DNA of 60,843 bases, the filler included, from Nemertoderma westbladi (Eukaryota; Animalia; Xenacoelomorpha), in assembly GCA_032718475.1 (NCBI GenBank). It is 2 parts of 2 records of this genome, joined end to end, with 100 filler letters (N's around TTAATTAATTAA, not from the genome) between each part and the next. Parts side by side here need not be neighbours in the genome. Positions count along the whole stretch, not along the records: positions 1 to 31,271 come from JAUCBJ010000374.1; 1 more part is not named here. One strand, given 5' to 3'. A model generated the notes under the pieces. The model was given only the letters and a program-made list of their open reading frames with translations, did no database searches and was not told the DNA's origin. Positions 1-12,077 of the stretch are shown here, one piece after another (the stretch's first letter is position 1; each line of letters starts with the position of its first letter). A program made the position numbers and the translations under genes.

Positions 1-1080
1 TTATTCGACTGACAGTATTATATAATCTCTGACAATATTATTCACCTTCGGTAATATTAACAGTTCCTTTAGGACGTGGCGCTTTATCTATATAAACAGA
101 GTTATGACTTAAACTACTCACAACGATATGGCTTAATTATAATTCACATATATGGCGCATTCTTTAGGAATTGCTTCTTTAACAGACTCACTCATACACA
201 ATGCTGCACAATACTGCACACTAATCTGCCGATCTTCACTGATTTTAGTCACATATAAAAGGAACACAGACTGGCTCATGTAGGGTCTATCAAATAACAT
301 TAGATTCACTTCAAACCACTTTAACATAAGTCACAATCGTTTATCTGTAACCCTTCTCTCTTACCTTCGGTATATCAAGAACATTGGGTTTCGGGGTTAT
401 TTATCGTTATTCCAAATATAATAATTCATCAACCATATTATGAAGAACTGACAGTAAATAGAAGTATAAAACAACAACTGAACACTGATTGTTATGAGTT
501 TGCAATGTTTCAGCAGTCAGCATGTATGATCAGTCATCAGAGTCTTTAGGTAGGTTAAAGGATATATGCCCTTTATAATTAAACCTACTAGTGTACGACT
601 AAAAAACAGTAAAGCACAAAATACTTCCAAGCCGTTCTTTCTTTGGCTCAAGACTGAATGTAAACACTGCACATAGGCATTGCGTCATTTCTCGGAAATT
701 TTCTGTACAAGGAGCCACAAAAACGCTCTAATTGGCTGACTGAACTGAGAGACGCCGTAGAACAAAGGAAATCAACACGTATGAATGTCAGCTGTTAACC
801 GTAGTCATAGTAACTACTGTTCAAGTACACCCCTTTGCGTCACGAATTGCCATCGAATCATAAAATATGCCTTTCACAGTACACATACGGAGGAAATAGG
901 TCTTAGATCCTCTAAAAACACCGATACAGCAATAATACGGTCTCTTACACTTATTAAATCAACTACAGAGTATTTTAATGTAAAAGATAATAAAAATAAC
1001 GGGGCAATTCAGCAAAGGCTTTTACAGGGGTCTTTATATCCCAAGGGTCTTTATATCCCAGGGGGCTTTATATCCCACCA
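1..1080 (-). repeat. Dispersed repeat, probable LTR (partial; runs off window start), homologous to 32400-33424
   Basis: Colinear blocks shared with 32400-33424: ATATTAACAGTTCCTTTAGGACGTGGCGCTTTATCTAT, GTAGGGTCT..AAATAACATT, CGCTCT.ATTGGCT (CCAAT on minus) and the same terminal TATATCCCAC. No credible ORF. Confidence 0.5.
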
Positions 1081-1394
1081 GTTATTCTGGGAGAATAAAT
1101 TCTTTGGTGGGAAATTCAAACATTTGGCTTGTGGTGGTAGCACTGCTGTACAGTACTACTTACAGTACATGTAGTAAACTATTTACTGCCACACTGGAGG
1201 TAGCCTATCATGACTTAGGGTTAGGGTTAAATGACTATTTTAATGTTAGTGCTATTGCAGTACTGTACGGTAACTCAATAGAACAAAAATAGGTAAAATG
1301 ATTAAAAAAAATAGGTAGATAAAAATAATAATAAAAAATAATAAAAATAGGTAAGAAAAATAAAACACATAGGTAGAATGATTAGATTAATGTA

Positions 1395-1845
1395 GGTGGA
1401 CTAGGTGTTGGTGGAGGAGAGGGTGGACTAGGTGTTGGTGGAGGAGAGGGTGGACTAGGTGTTGGTGGCGTTGTGGGTGGACTAGGTGTTGGTGGCGGTG
1501 TGGGTGGACTAGGTGTTGGTGGAGGAGAGGGTGGACTAGGTGTTGGTGGAGGAGAGGGTGGACTAGGTGTTGGTGGAGGAGAGGGTGGACTAGGTGTTGG
1601 TGGCGGTGTGGGTGGACTAGGTGTTGGTGGAGGAGAGGGTGGACTAGGTGTTGGTGGAGGAGAGGGTGGACTAGGTGTTGGTGGAGGAGAGGGTGGACTA
1701 GGTGTTGGTGGAGGAGAGGGTGGACTAGGTGTTGGTGGCGGTGTGGGTGGACTAGGTGTTGTTGGAGGAGAGGGTGGACTAGGTGTTGGTGGAGGAGAGG
1801 GTGGACTAGGTGTTGGTGGAGGAGAGGGTGGACTAGGTGTTGGTG
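1395..1845. repeat. 27-bp G-rich minisatellite (GGGTGGACTAGGTGTTGGTGGAGGAGA)n, ~17 copies
   Basis: Direct tandem repetition with a variant unit ending GGCGGTGT; accounts for the GGLGVGGGE ORF. Confidence 0.95.
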
Positions 1846-2439
1846 ACAGGGTTTACCTTCAATTGTAAATATTTTAATAATTAATTTTTATCCTTAATTA
1901 TTATACTAGTTATTGTTATATTTCCTCAGAAGTATATTTATTGAAAAGTTGCGTACCCCCCCCCCCCCCCCCCCCCCCCCCCATGCTGACGGATTGCCTC
2001 CTATGAACGAAAAAGCTAATGATCGTGAACAAATCTACCAAGTTCCAGCTTAAACGGAGTGAATGCAGAGAAATGGGTTTGCGGTTGAAGTTTTTGTGGG
2101 TTGACTTTACACTGCTTTTAAAGGATCGAAACAATTAATTTTTTTCCTTACTTTTTCCTTAATTAATTTCCTTACCGAATCTAGATCTTTGACAGATAGC
2201 ACGATGTTGACAGCTTTGACAGTTTACTTTGACAGCACTCAAGAAATGTCTAATCGAGTATGAGGCTGTTGTAGTCTGGTGATGATGTGATTGAGCATGA
2301 CTTATGCTACTTTGGATCTTGGACCAATAAGTCAGGTGACCTTTTAATACGTAAGGCATAGGCAGCATTAAATGTGCTGCCATAGATTTAGAAGTCACAT
2401 AAAAATTAACCGGATCATAATTTTCGATTATTTAGAGCA

Positions 2440-3593
2440 GCAGTAAAACCAGCACTCTGATGATGATGAATTGCGTACTATCACAACGAAGATAATAGCA
2501 AAGATTAATTGCTTGGAAAACTGGATAACTCATTCAAACTTGATGCTAAATAGCGACAGGACAGAATTTATGGTGATCACAAACCACTTTGCTCACAAAA
2601 TCGACACTGGCCTATTGCCGAAACTCGTTTTTGGAGACAAGGTCGTATGTCTCGTGGACAACTTGAAGACGCTGGGTTGCTTCTACGATATTAAAGTGAA
2701 CATGGAGAAACAATCATGTGTCAACAGTAATCAAATCCCTTAACTACCAATTACGGAATCTATACAGGATTAGGAAATATCTGAGTGAGGCACAAACGGT
2801 GAGATTAATCACAGCGCTGATACAGTACTGTCGAAATTATATTCGTAATTCGTTACTTTTTGGAATACCGGACAATGTAACTCAAGGGTTGCAATTGATA
2901 TTAAACAGCTGTGACTGTCTCGTGTTCACAAAACTAGTGAGAAGCCAGGTAAATCCGCTCTTACGGGAAATGCACTGGTTACCAGACCGATACTGGATTG
3001 AGATGAACTAGCATTACTATGTTGGAAATGTTTAAATATGCGTGCGCCGGAGTACCTCACCGATTTAATCTACGAAAATACAAGGATTCCCCGTAATCAA
3101 TATGATAAAACTTCGATCATACCATCTACCTGCTACCATCGACCATCTACCTGCTACCATCGACCATCTACCTGCTACCATCGACCATCTACCTGCTACC
3201 ATCGACCATCTACCTGCTACCATCGACCATCTACCTGCTACCATCGACCATCTACCTGCTACCATCGACCATCTACCTGCTACCATCGACCATCTACCTG
3301 CTACCATCGACCATCTACCTGCTACCATCGACCATCTACCTGCTACCGTCGACCATCTACCTGCTACAAGTCGTTTGTTCGATCGTACATTATCTTACGC
3401 CGCACCAACAGTTTGTAATAGTTTGCCTCGCAGTCTTCGCATCGAGGACTCACTTGCAGCACAAAAAGGAACTATGAACACATTTTTTCAAAAAAGCCTT
3501 TCCCTGAATCCAGCAGCAGTGCATTTGAACTATTATAGCTTTAGGTTATTATAGAAAGTGCGCTATATAAATTTCCTATATTGTTATTATTAT
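2440..3593 (+). mobile_element. Degenerate 3' fragment of an L2/CR1-group LINE (RT C-terminus)
   Basis: Frameshifted peptides LENWITHSNLMLNSDRTEFM, LKTLGCFYD, QLRNLYRIRKYL, LLREMHWLP, APEYL, LSYAAPTVCNSLP parallel the C-terminus of the L2 ORF at 39684-40859; TTA-rich tail near 3585. Confidence 0.85.
3121..3367. repeat. 21-bp minisatellite (ACCATCTACCTGCTACCATCG)n, ~12 copies, inside the LINE fossil
   Basis: Near-perfect tandem units; LINE reading frame resumes on both sides. Confidence 0.95.
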
Positions 3594-4110
3594 ATGGAAG
3601 GCCATGCTTGTATTTAATAACTGCTGAGAACTCCAATTCTCTGGAAGGGTCACATACACATTAACACAATAATTCCACGTTGGGGTCAGTCTGTCAATTA
3701 TTTATTTATCATTGTTTATCATAAACAAAGGCGCATGATAACCAACTTAACTGTACTTAATTATATCCTAGCATACCGCAAATGTGAATAATTGTTTCAA
3801 AGTTTATACGTTTGACCTCCGCATGTGAGAAAGATGAAAAAAATGTATATCTCTGACCCTATAGAACCTTTGACCATATGGAACATTTGACCATGTGGAA
3901 AATTTAACCCAGTGGAACATTTTAAAATACCTTTTACATGTAGATCTATAGCTAGGATATACTTAGGATTGCCAAAAATTTCAGAAAATATTATTCAACG
4001 TCCAGCACATAAATATTAATTATCTTTACTGTTAGAGTCTATAACAATATGTTTTGTATTCTATATTTTCTGTATTGCACGTCTCACTGCACGTCATTTA
4101 AATTCTATAG

Positions 4111-4312
4111 ATTAACAGGTAAACATGAGACAGCTCACATAGACGACTTCTCTTGGGGTGTGGCTCATAGAGGGGCGAGTATTCGGGTTCCGAGACAGGT
4201 AGCAGCTGATAAATGTGGATATATGGAGGATAGGAGACCTTCGTCCAACTGCGATCCGTACACCGTTGCCGAGATCATCATCCGTACCGTTGTTCTTGGA
4301 GAAACCTCATAG
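4111..4312 (+). CDS. GLUL: Glutamine synthetase (GSII), last coding exon
   Basis: After acceptor ttctatAG (4109-4110): (R)[66 protein letters not shown], the eukaryotic GSII C-terminus ([18 protein letters not shown]). Upstream exons not found in window. Confidence 0.93.
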
Positions 4313-5403
4313 ACTGTTGCCTAAAACCATAGGTACCAAACAACTTTCGACAAATATTTTCGCCACAGTATCAGTATGCCAGGTTTTTACATTGCCTGAA
4401 ATGTACTGCATTAATGTCTAAATGTTTATTTATTATCAGACTCGTTGTGTACAATATGGCAGGTGGTGTATTTGTTTAATTAATTATTCTGCGGTGGAGT
4501 TATAGCTTTATACTTCAGTACAAATGTTTTTCCTTTATATACCAATATGATACAGTATTGCTTTTATTTACTATTTTAGTATTATTACAGAATTTCCATA
4601 TGTTAAGATCCGAATAATGTTTTATTGAATTAAATTAATTAAATTGCAAATATATATAATTGATCTCGGATAGAAATGTGCTGATTTGTAAGACACAACG
4701 GTGGAAGTATTTACGACGCCGCCGAATTCAATGGTGTATAAGTTGAAACGTTGAAGGTATCCTAATTTTCTAAATAGACAATTTAGAAATAGTAACGATG
4801 TATGCCCTCGCTAGGCTCCTATCTTCTTTTCATCAGATCATGTTTTTGGGGTAGAAATTTCATAGGAAAAATCTACCAAGAGGACAAACTCGGTAACACT
4901 TTTGGTGCACACACAATAACGTTTAGAACACGAAAAATGCTGTGGGATGCATGTATATTTTTCAATAAACCCACAACGTATACCGTAATAAATAGGAAAA
5001 TAAGCATAACACGAGGATGTTTGATTATTTATTTATTACTTAACTGGTGCGCAATAATGCTAGAAATTTTTTAATGATTTAAAATCATGGATGGAATATT
5101 TGAAAAGTTATAAATGTATATACTGTAAGTATTGTAAGTCTCTGAGAGGAAGTCAAATGAGTCGAATAATCTGGTAGAACATTGTCGTTGATGGCCACAG
5201 ACAGCAGTGTGCGCCAGCACACACGTTCATAATTCAAATCTCTGAAATTTCCCTTCTCTTCTGGTCGAAAGTCAGCAACCATAACACCGAGTGAGTGTCT
5301 GTGGGTGTATAAAAAGTAAAGCAAAGTTATCGGTGAAAGTGAACCACGAAACACCGGATCGCGGAGGCAACCCTGAGGCCAATATTCCCAATATATTGAC
5401 CAG

Positions 5404-6237
5404 AGGAAAGTAGGTACCCTTTTCGATGGGAAAGTAGGTACCCTTATCGATGGGAAAATAGGTACCCTTATTGATGGGAAAGTAGGTACCCTCATTGATG
5501 GGAAAGTAGGTACCCTTATCGATGGGAAAGTAGGTACCCTTATCGATGGGAAAGTAGGTACTGTACCCTTATCGATGGGAAAGTAGGTACCCTTATTGAT
5601 GGGAAAGTAGGTACCCTTATTGATGGGAAAGTAGGTACCCTTATCGATGGGAAAGTAGGTACCCTTATCGATGGGAAAGTAGGTACCCTTATCGATGGGA
5701 AAATAGGTACCCTTATCGATGGGAAAGTAGGTACCCTTATCGATGGGAAAGTAGGTACCCTTATCGATGGGAAAGTAGGTACCCTTATCGATGGGAAAAT
5801 AGGTACCCTTATCGATGGGAAAGTAGGTACTGTACCCTTATCGATGGGAAAGTAGGTACTGTACCCTTATCGATGGGAAAGTAGGTACTGTACCCTTATC
5901 GATGGGAAAGTAGGTACTGTACCCTTATCGATGGGAAAGTAGGTACCCTTATTGATGGGAAAGTAGGTACCCTTATCGATGGGAAAGTAGGTACCCTTAT
6001 CGATGGGAAAGTAGGTAGCCTTATCGATGGGAAAGTAGGTACTGTACCCTTATCGATGGGAAAGTAGGTACCCTTATCGATGGGAAAGTAGGTACCAATA
6101 TCGATGGGAAAGTAGGTACCCTTATTGATGGGAAAGTAGGTACCCTTATCGATTGGAAAGTAGGTACTGTACCCTTATCGATGGGAAAGTAGGTACTGTA
6201 CCATTATCGATGGGAAAGTAGGTACCCTTATCGATTG
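5404..6237. repeat. 24-bp minisatellite (GGGAAAGTAGGTACCCTTATCGAT)n with 29-bp variant units
   Basis: About 33 tandem units; variant units carry CTGTA inserted after GGTA. Confidence 0.95.
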
Positions 6238-7169
6238 GTTGGCGCATCAGTTACAAAAATTATAATCGGATAGGCCGGATCTAATTCGTCACGCTCCTAC
6301 TCAAAGGAAAATCCAAGGGGGGGGGATCATACCCCCATCCCAAAGGGAAAGCAAGAAGTTAACAAGTTTGAGAATGCGAGCTGAGACTCGAATACAAATA
6401 ATTATAAGTGATGTGTACGAAAGTATAATTATTCCCGTTTTATTATAAACTACAGTATTATGTATACAATACAAGGTGTAAGGGGCAGGTTACCCAAGCA
6501 AGCTTTCCTAACCAAATCAATAAACCATCTCGTTATCAATACATGAAAAGGCGCAGGTTACAGGGCAGACTTTTCTAGCCAACAGTTGGAAGTTTGACAA
6601 AAACCAAGTACCATACGTAAGGAGATTTTATTTCAAATTTCGTCAACATTTTTTCAAATTTCAGAAAACATATTATTATGGGTCCTAAAAACTAATTTAT
6701 ATGGCAAAAATGGCTGTTTTTTAATGTCCTCAAGTAAAGTAAAGTACAGCTGTTATATTTGTAATTGTTGGGGGAACAGTTTTCTACCTACAGCTATGCC
6801 ACATGCATCACAAGAAAGAGGATTAAATTATGCACATGATGTAATTTGGTCCAAATCTATTAATTCACGTTTAAACTGAAAAGTACCTCAATAACTGAGT
6901 GTTCGAATGTTTTGCCATATTTCGCGTCCTTCGTGTAACGGCATCAGAAAACGAACTTCCAATCTCCATTAGAAGATTCACGAAAATCGCCTTTAGAAAA
7001 ATATGAATTATTGTTCAGTTTGCCATTGCAAGCATTAATTGCAGTTAATATACCTGTAGCTACTAACTAGTTCGCCCTCTAGCGTCTAACATTAGAACTT
7101 TAGCAAATTTTCTAGTACATAATATCTGCCAAGTGTCAGCTTGAAGTGATTAAAAGCAATAAAATAAGA

Positions 7170-7795
7170 GGACACGTTCGTGGGGACTTCGCGCAGCACG
7201 TAGTCGGCAAGCCTTGGCATACGGTTCATATAGAGCAAATGGGGCATGTCTAGTTTGGACCCAATATCCCATGCTATAAATGTATTCATTCGATATACAA
7301 TCATATGTTAATCCGCTAGGTGGTGTCAAATTGTTATTCTGCAATTTCGTACTTACCAGTGCAGCACTGTACAGCAGTACCGTACCGGTAGGCCTATGTC
7401 ATTACTTCTGAGTCTCTAGCGGATCCCCAATTAAATGTCTTAACTTTTCAATTTCGTAAAAGATAGACTTCATGATTCTCTACAGGCCACCAAAATTTCA
7501 GCTCAGGAAAATGAGGCCTTCCCGAGAAATTTAACATTTTCTAAAAACTACATAATCTGTCGTAGCTGACGTCAGACAGCATGATTTTTCACCAAACTTT
7601 ACAAACTTTCTAAACTTTCTCTCTACTACTTACCTACTAAGTTTGGTTCAATTCCGAACCTGCGATGCAGAGAAATTCGCGTTCAAACATTTACCAGACA
7701 GACAGACGGACGGACAGACAGACAGACGGACATGCCCCATTTGCCCTATATGAACCGTATGCCAAGGCTCGCCGACTACGTGTCTCGCCCCACAT
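7170..7795 (+). mobile_element. Non-autonomous element, Helentron/DINE-1-like architecture
   Basis: ~55-bp inverted repeat (CACGTAGTCGGC..GGGGCATGTC at ~7197-7250 vs ~7729-7782), internal (GACA/GACG)n microsatellite, 5' end GACACGTTCGTGGGG..TTCGCGCAGCACG shared with 42983. Confidence 0.5.
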
Positions 7796-8206
7796 CATGG
7801 TTTAGACATGTAGACCCCTAGCGGCGTAATCTTTCTAAACGTTTACCATACTGTAGATCAGTCCTAGATACTTTAGTTTTAGTTTAAGAAAGTGGAGATT
7901 TCCTGATAAATAAACTTTAAAACATTAGACCGAAAGACAGACAGAGACAAGGTTGAGGTATTGGTACCCGTTGCTAAGTTCGTTTACTACTAACGTGGTT
8001 CGCCCTACAGTAAATTGTATTACAACTTAAATGTGATATTCTTATTCACTAAATAATTAATGAGAAAATAGTAAAGAATAGGCCTTTCCCATGCTAACCA
8101 CTTGCCATCAATATACTCCTAACCAGGCATATGAACTAAGGTAGGCCAACATCTATTGGATAATACTGTATATAATTATTTATATTGCCTGGGTGTAGGC
8201 CTACGG

Positions 8207-9369
8207 TGTCTAAATGTGGCCACTTTCATTAATTATTAAAATGGGAAATATAAAAAGAAATTAAAATAAATGAAAAAAATTAAATATACTGTAATTTAAT
8301 ACAAAAAGAAACTAATGAAATATAATTCAATATAAAATTAAATTAATTAATTATAATTCAACAAGAAAAAAACTAATGAAATCTAATTCCACCAGAAAAA
8401 TATTAATGAAATGTAATTAAACAGGAAAATAAATTAATGAAATATAATTCAGCTGAGAAAATAAATTAATAATAATGAAATTATGTGTGATATTATGTAT
8501 GATATTATGTATGAATTCAAATATTTTGGAGCGAAATTTTAAATACTGGCACTGCGCAGTGCATTAAATTGTCAAGTTCCGTATGCGTACGGCGTACCTC
8601 CCGTTTCTTTGCTTTTAACCCGTTTAAGCTGAAACTCGTACTAGACCATTAGCTGCTTCGTTCAAAGGAGGCAATCCGTCTGCAGTTCTTTGTCTGCCGC
8701 TATAGAAGGCGAAATATCTGAAATTGAAATACTTTGACCCGTATGTTATTTACGACCTGTTCAAGCTGAAATTGTCAGTGTCAGATATGTGCTAGTACAC
8801 ATCCTGGGTCAACAAAGACAGACACAGCCTATGAATTGTTGACGGTCTAGCATGTACTGTAGGCCTATATCTGCCAAAGTTTCACCTTGACTAAATAACA
8901 TACGCGTCGAATTATTTCAATTTCAGATATTTCGCCTTCTATAGCGGCAGACAAAGAACTGCAGACGGATTGCCTCCTTTGAACGAAACAGCTAATGATC
9001 TTGTACAAATCTACCAAGTTTCAGCTTAAACGGAGTGAATGCAGAGAAATGGGAGGGACAATTTACCGCATTGCGCAGTGCAAGTACTGTATTTCAATTT
9101 TCCCTCCAAAGTATTGGAATTATACTGTATATTTCATTAATTTGTATTCTCAGCGGAATTCTATACAGTAATCCATGAATTTCTTTTCTCAGAATGAATT
9201 GAATGAATTTCTTATATTACATTAATTTTTTTTCGGGTTGAATTATATTATATTAATTTATTTTCTAGTTGAATTATATAATATTAATTTTTTGTGTTGA
9301 ATTATATTTCATTAATTTATTTTTATATTTCCCATTTTAAAAATTAATGAAATTGGCCACATTCTGACA
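8207..9369. mobile_element. Foldback/MITE-type palindromic element
   Basis: Long inverted arms: TGTCTAAATGTGGCCA vs TGGCCACATTCTGACA at the ends; near-perfect ~75-bp inner inverted repeat (~8658-8731 vs ~8913-8986); AT-rich subrepeats; related fragment at ~1988-2077. Confidence 0.7.
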
Positions 9370-9654
9370 TTTCTGACGCGAATTTTTAAGTTATGATACT
9401 GCTGTACTGTACTACCATATTCTGATATTCCAGTGTTCTGTATGTACATCACAGTATACGGCCATAGCAGTACGGTTATTGCAGTATTGTCAGACGTTCT
9501 ATCTGTTTCAGGGTAAAACGAACTTAGATCCTGCAAGGCCTGACTTTGATGAACTTAGATCTTTCCGAACTTAAATCCTATCTGGGTGAACTTAGATCCT
9601 AACTAGGTGATTTTGGATCCTAACTAGGTGAACATAGATCCTAACTAGGTTGTA

Positions 9655-12077
9655 CAGTCCCAATCCCAATAAACATTAACTTGGTCGTTTTGGCGGCCAA
9701 AATGACCAAAATCACCAAAAAAATGTAGTGTATTCCTATGGGCTACTTGGTCGTTTTGGCGAAGCGATTTAACTCGAATCAGCTCAATCCAGACAGTCTG
9801 TCTCCTTGGCCATCCATTTGGTGGATCTGACTAAATGTCGGCTCGCTTTCATTTTTATTATTGACAGATTGTTAACTTACCCGGCGCTGAGCCTTGCAGT
9901 ACTGGAGTCCGCCCACTGAGGCATTGATAGAGTACACAGTCTTATAAAAGGAGTTGAATGGGGCTTCGTTAAAGGAGGAGTATGTATAATAATCTGAACG
10001 TCCCGAAATTAATTTATGGACGTCCCGAAATTAATTTATGGACGTCCCGAAATTAACTTATGGACGTCCCGAAATTAATTTATGGACGTCCCAAATTAAT
10101 TATGGACGTCCGAAATTAATCTATCAACCAATCAGAATCGTAATGAAATAACTAATTAATGGACGTCCATAAATTAATTTCGGGATGTTAATTTCGGAAA
10201 TTAATTTCAATAATATTTTTTTTTATAATAAAAATTTTTTTTAATATTTTTTTACAATGTATAATTCGCGGACACTGCGGGGTGACTACAAAACAAAGAC
10301 CCAATTATAAAGACCTGCATAATCTTGTTACATGTGTTAACTTTCGTTAATTGTTTTGAATCCCCCGTCACGCCTCTGTAACTTGCTCCTTTACTAACCT
10401 GCTCCTTTAAATAGCAATGGTACATAACGCTCATTGTGACCTGTACAAAACAAAGAGGTAAAGTCGCGTTACGTCCCAAAGAGCGTTAGGTTCCAAAGAG
10501 CTTTAGGTCCCATTGCCAGAGAGCGTGAGGTCACATTGCCATTTAAAGGAGCAGGTTAGTAAAGAAGCAGGTTACAGAGGCGTGTTGGGGAGCCAAAACA
10601 ATAAACGAGAGTTAACACATGTGTTTTGTATTTGTACAGGTCTTTATTATTTGGGTCGTTGGTCTTTGTTTTGTAGTCACCCGACACTGCGGTGTTGCGT
10701 GGGGGCCACCAATCCACCCACCCACACTCAACTCCCAACTTCCTGGACACTAGGATACTGAGTGAAAGCGTCTGAAACTACTACAGGAACTCCATGACAT
10801 ACTATGGGCTAGCGACTAGGGACTGGCGCCCTTGAACATGTAAACTGTAGTACCTACTGTACCACCTACCTTAAAGTGACCTGTGGGACCAGCCCATTAT
10901 TAGTGAGGTCGGCATTTCTCTTTATCCTGCCGCTCTCTTTGTATTACAATAGCATACAGCTAACCAATGGCAATGGTCTACCCCCAGTGCGGGAAAGACA
11001 AGCTGGCTACCATTGAAATGAATAGGGGAAGGATAATATGGTGTGTTCGTGTTCCCATCCTAATGTCTGTCGTCTTGGCTCAGCTAAGCTTAAACAGAGC
11101 CACAGCCTACAATAGAGCTTTACCTAAATACACTTCCAGTGAGCCAAGCAGTAGTGGCGGGTTAGCTCCAAAATGCCCATGTAGGATTTCTTCGAAAAAG
11201 GACCAATTGGTTGAGTTACGAGTTACAGTGAAAAAGTATTCATGATTAGATTTTGCTTTGAACAGGAGAAACAGTACCTTCTTGTATAGTTCATATGTGT
11301 ACCTGTGTTAATTATTAGCGTTGGGCTTATTTCTATGTATAATGTCTGTATTCTATTTATGTCACGTGAAAACATGCAAGGCCACTAGCGTCCAGTTTAA
11401 AAAAATGAAAACAGGATTCACATTCCGAATTATCTACTAATTCCCCCCCCCCCCCCCCCCCCCATGCACACTCACCATATAGGCCCAAGTATGATTCACA
11501 CATGACCTTACATAGCCATCACACCTCTCCTGAGCCACGGTAAATAATATTAAATCCAGCGAACTTCTAATTAACTCCAGCGAAATTAATTATCAATATT
11601 TTAATTATATTCAACGCAGATACACAGATAAAACACAATAATTATTTATTAGATGGGAAAAAAGTTAAAATGTTTTCACTATTAATTCTCGAGGCATTAT
11701 ATTTACCGTGTGCGAGCGAGGTTAATAAAGGGTCAAGAAAATATTGAAAATAAAAATGTTCTATGTTTACCTTACAAAATGAAAAATAAACGTGCGAAGT
11801 ATAATACAGTAGTGTCCCTACTCGAACGGAACGGAACCGTCCGGGGGGGGGGGGGGGGGGGGGGGGGTGTTGGGGAGGGAATGTCCGGAAATCGAAGCCT
11901 TTTTCTATCTGCCAACATCCTGGGCTTTACTTACACTCAGCCTCTATTCACTGGCTGTGATTGACAAGCCAACTTGCCTCAGAAGTTCCTTTCATGAATG
12001 CCGCAATTTATATTTGGCCATTTTGGTCGTTTTGGCCGCCAAAATGACCAAGTTAATGTTTATTGGGATTGGGACTG
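9655..12077. mobile_element. Non-autonomous Tc1/mariner-type DNA transposon
   Basis: TA|CAGTCCCAATCCCAATAAACATTAACTTGGTC ... GACCAAGTTAATGTTTATTGGGATTGGGACTG|TA; ~55-bp TIRs, TA TSD, no transposase ORF. Lies between inverted GAACTTAGATCC/GGATCTAAGTTC arrays (~9520-9650, ~12240-12505) of an older element. Confidence 0.85.
10280..10682. mobile_element. Mutator-like MITE with 9-bp TSD
   Basis: GACACTGCG|GGGTGACTACAAAACAAAGACC ... GGTCTTTGTTTTGTAGTCACCC|GACACTGCG; long imperfect inverted arms. Confidence 0.85.

Noticed and set aside
506-540. Hammerhead-like CTGATGA...GAAAC on the minus strand
   Set aside because: No pairing stem II or flanking stems found; other CTGANGA hits also lacked the core geometry.
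1473-1868. Gly-rich 131-aa ORF resembling a structural protein
   Set aside because: It is only the translation of a 27-bp minisatellite; no ATG, no signal peptide, no synonymous variation.
3038-3554. CYHRPST / DHLPATI repeat proteins
   Set aside because: Translations of the 21-bp array within a LINE fossil.
11843-11867. Long poly-G/poly-C runs (also ~1957, ~11443, ~20414, ~26653, ~29266, ~43144, ~45965)
   Set aside because: Several lie inside repeats and homopolymer lengths are unreliable in assemblies; no evidence of function.
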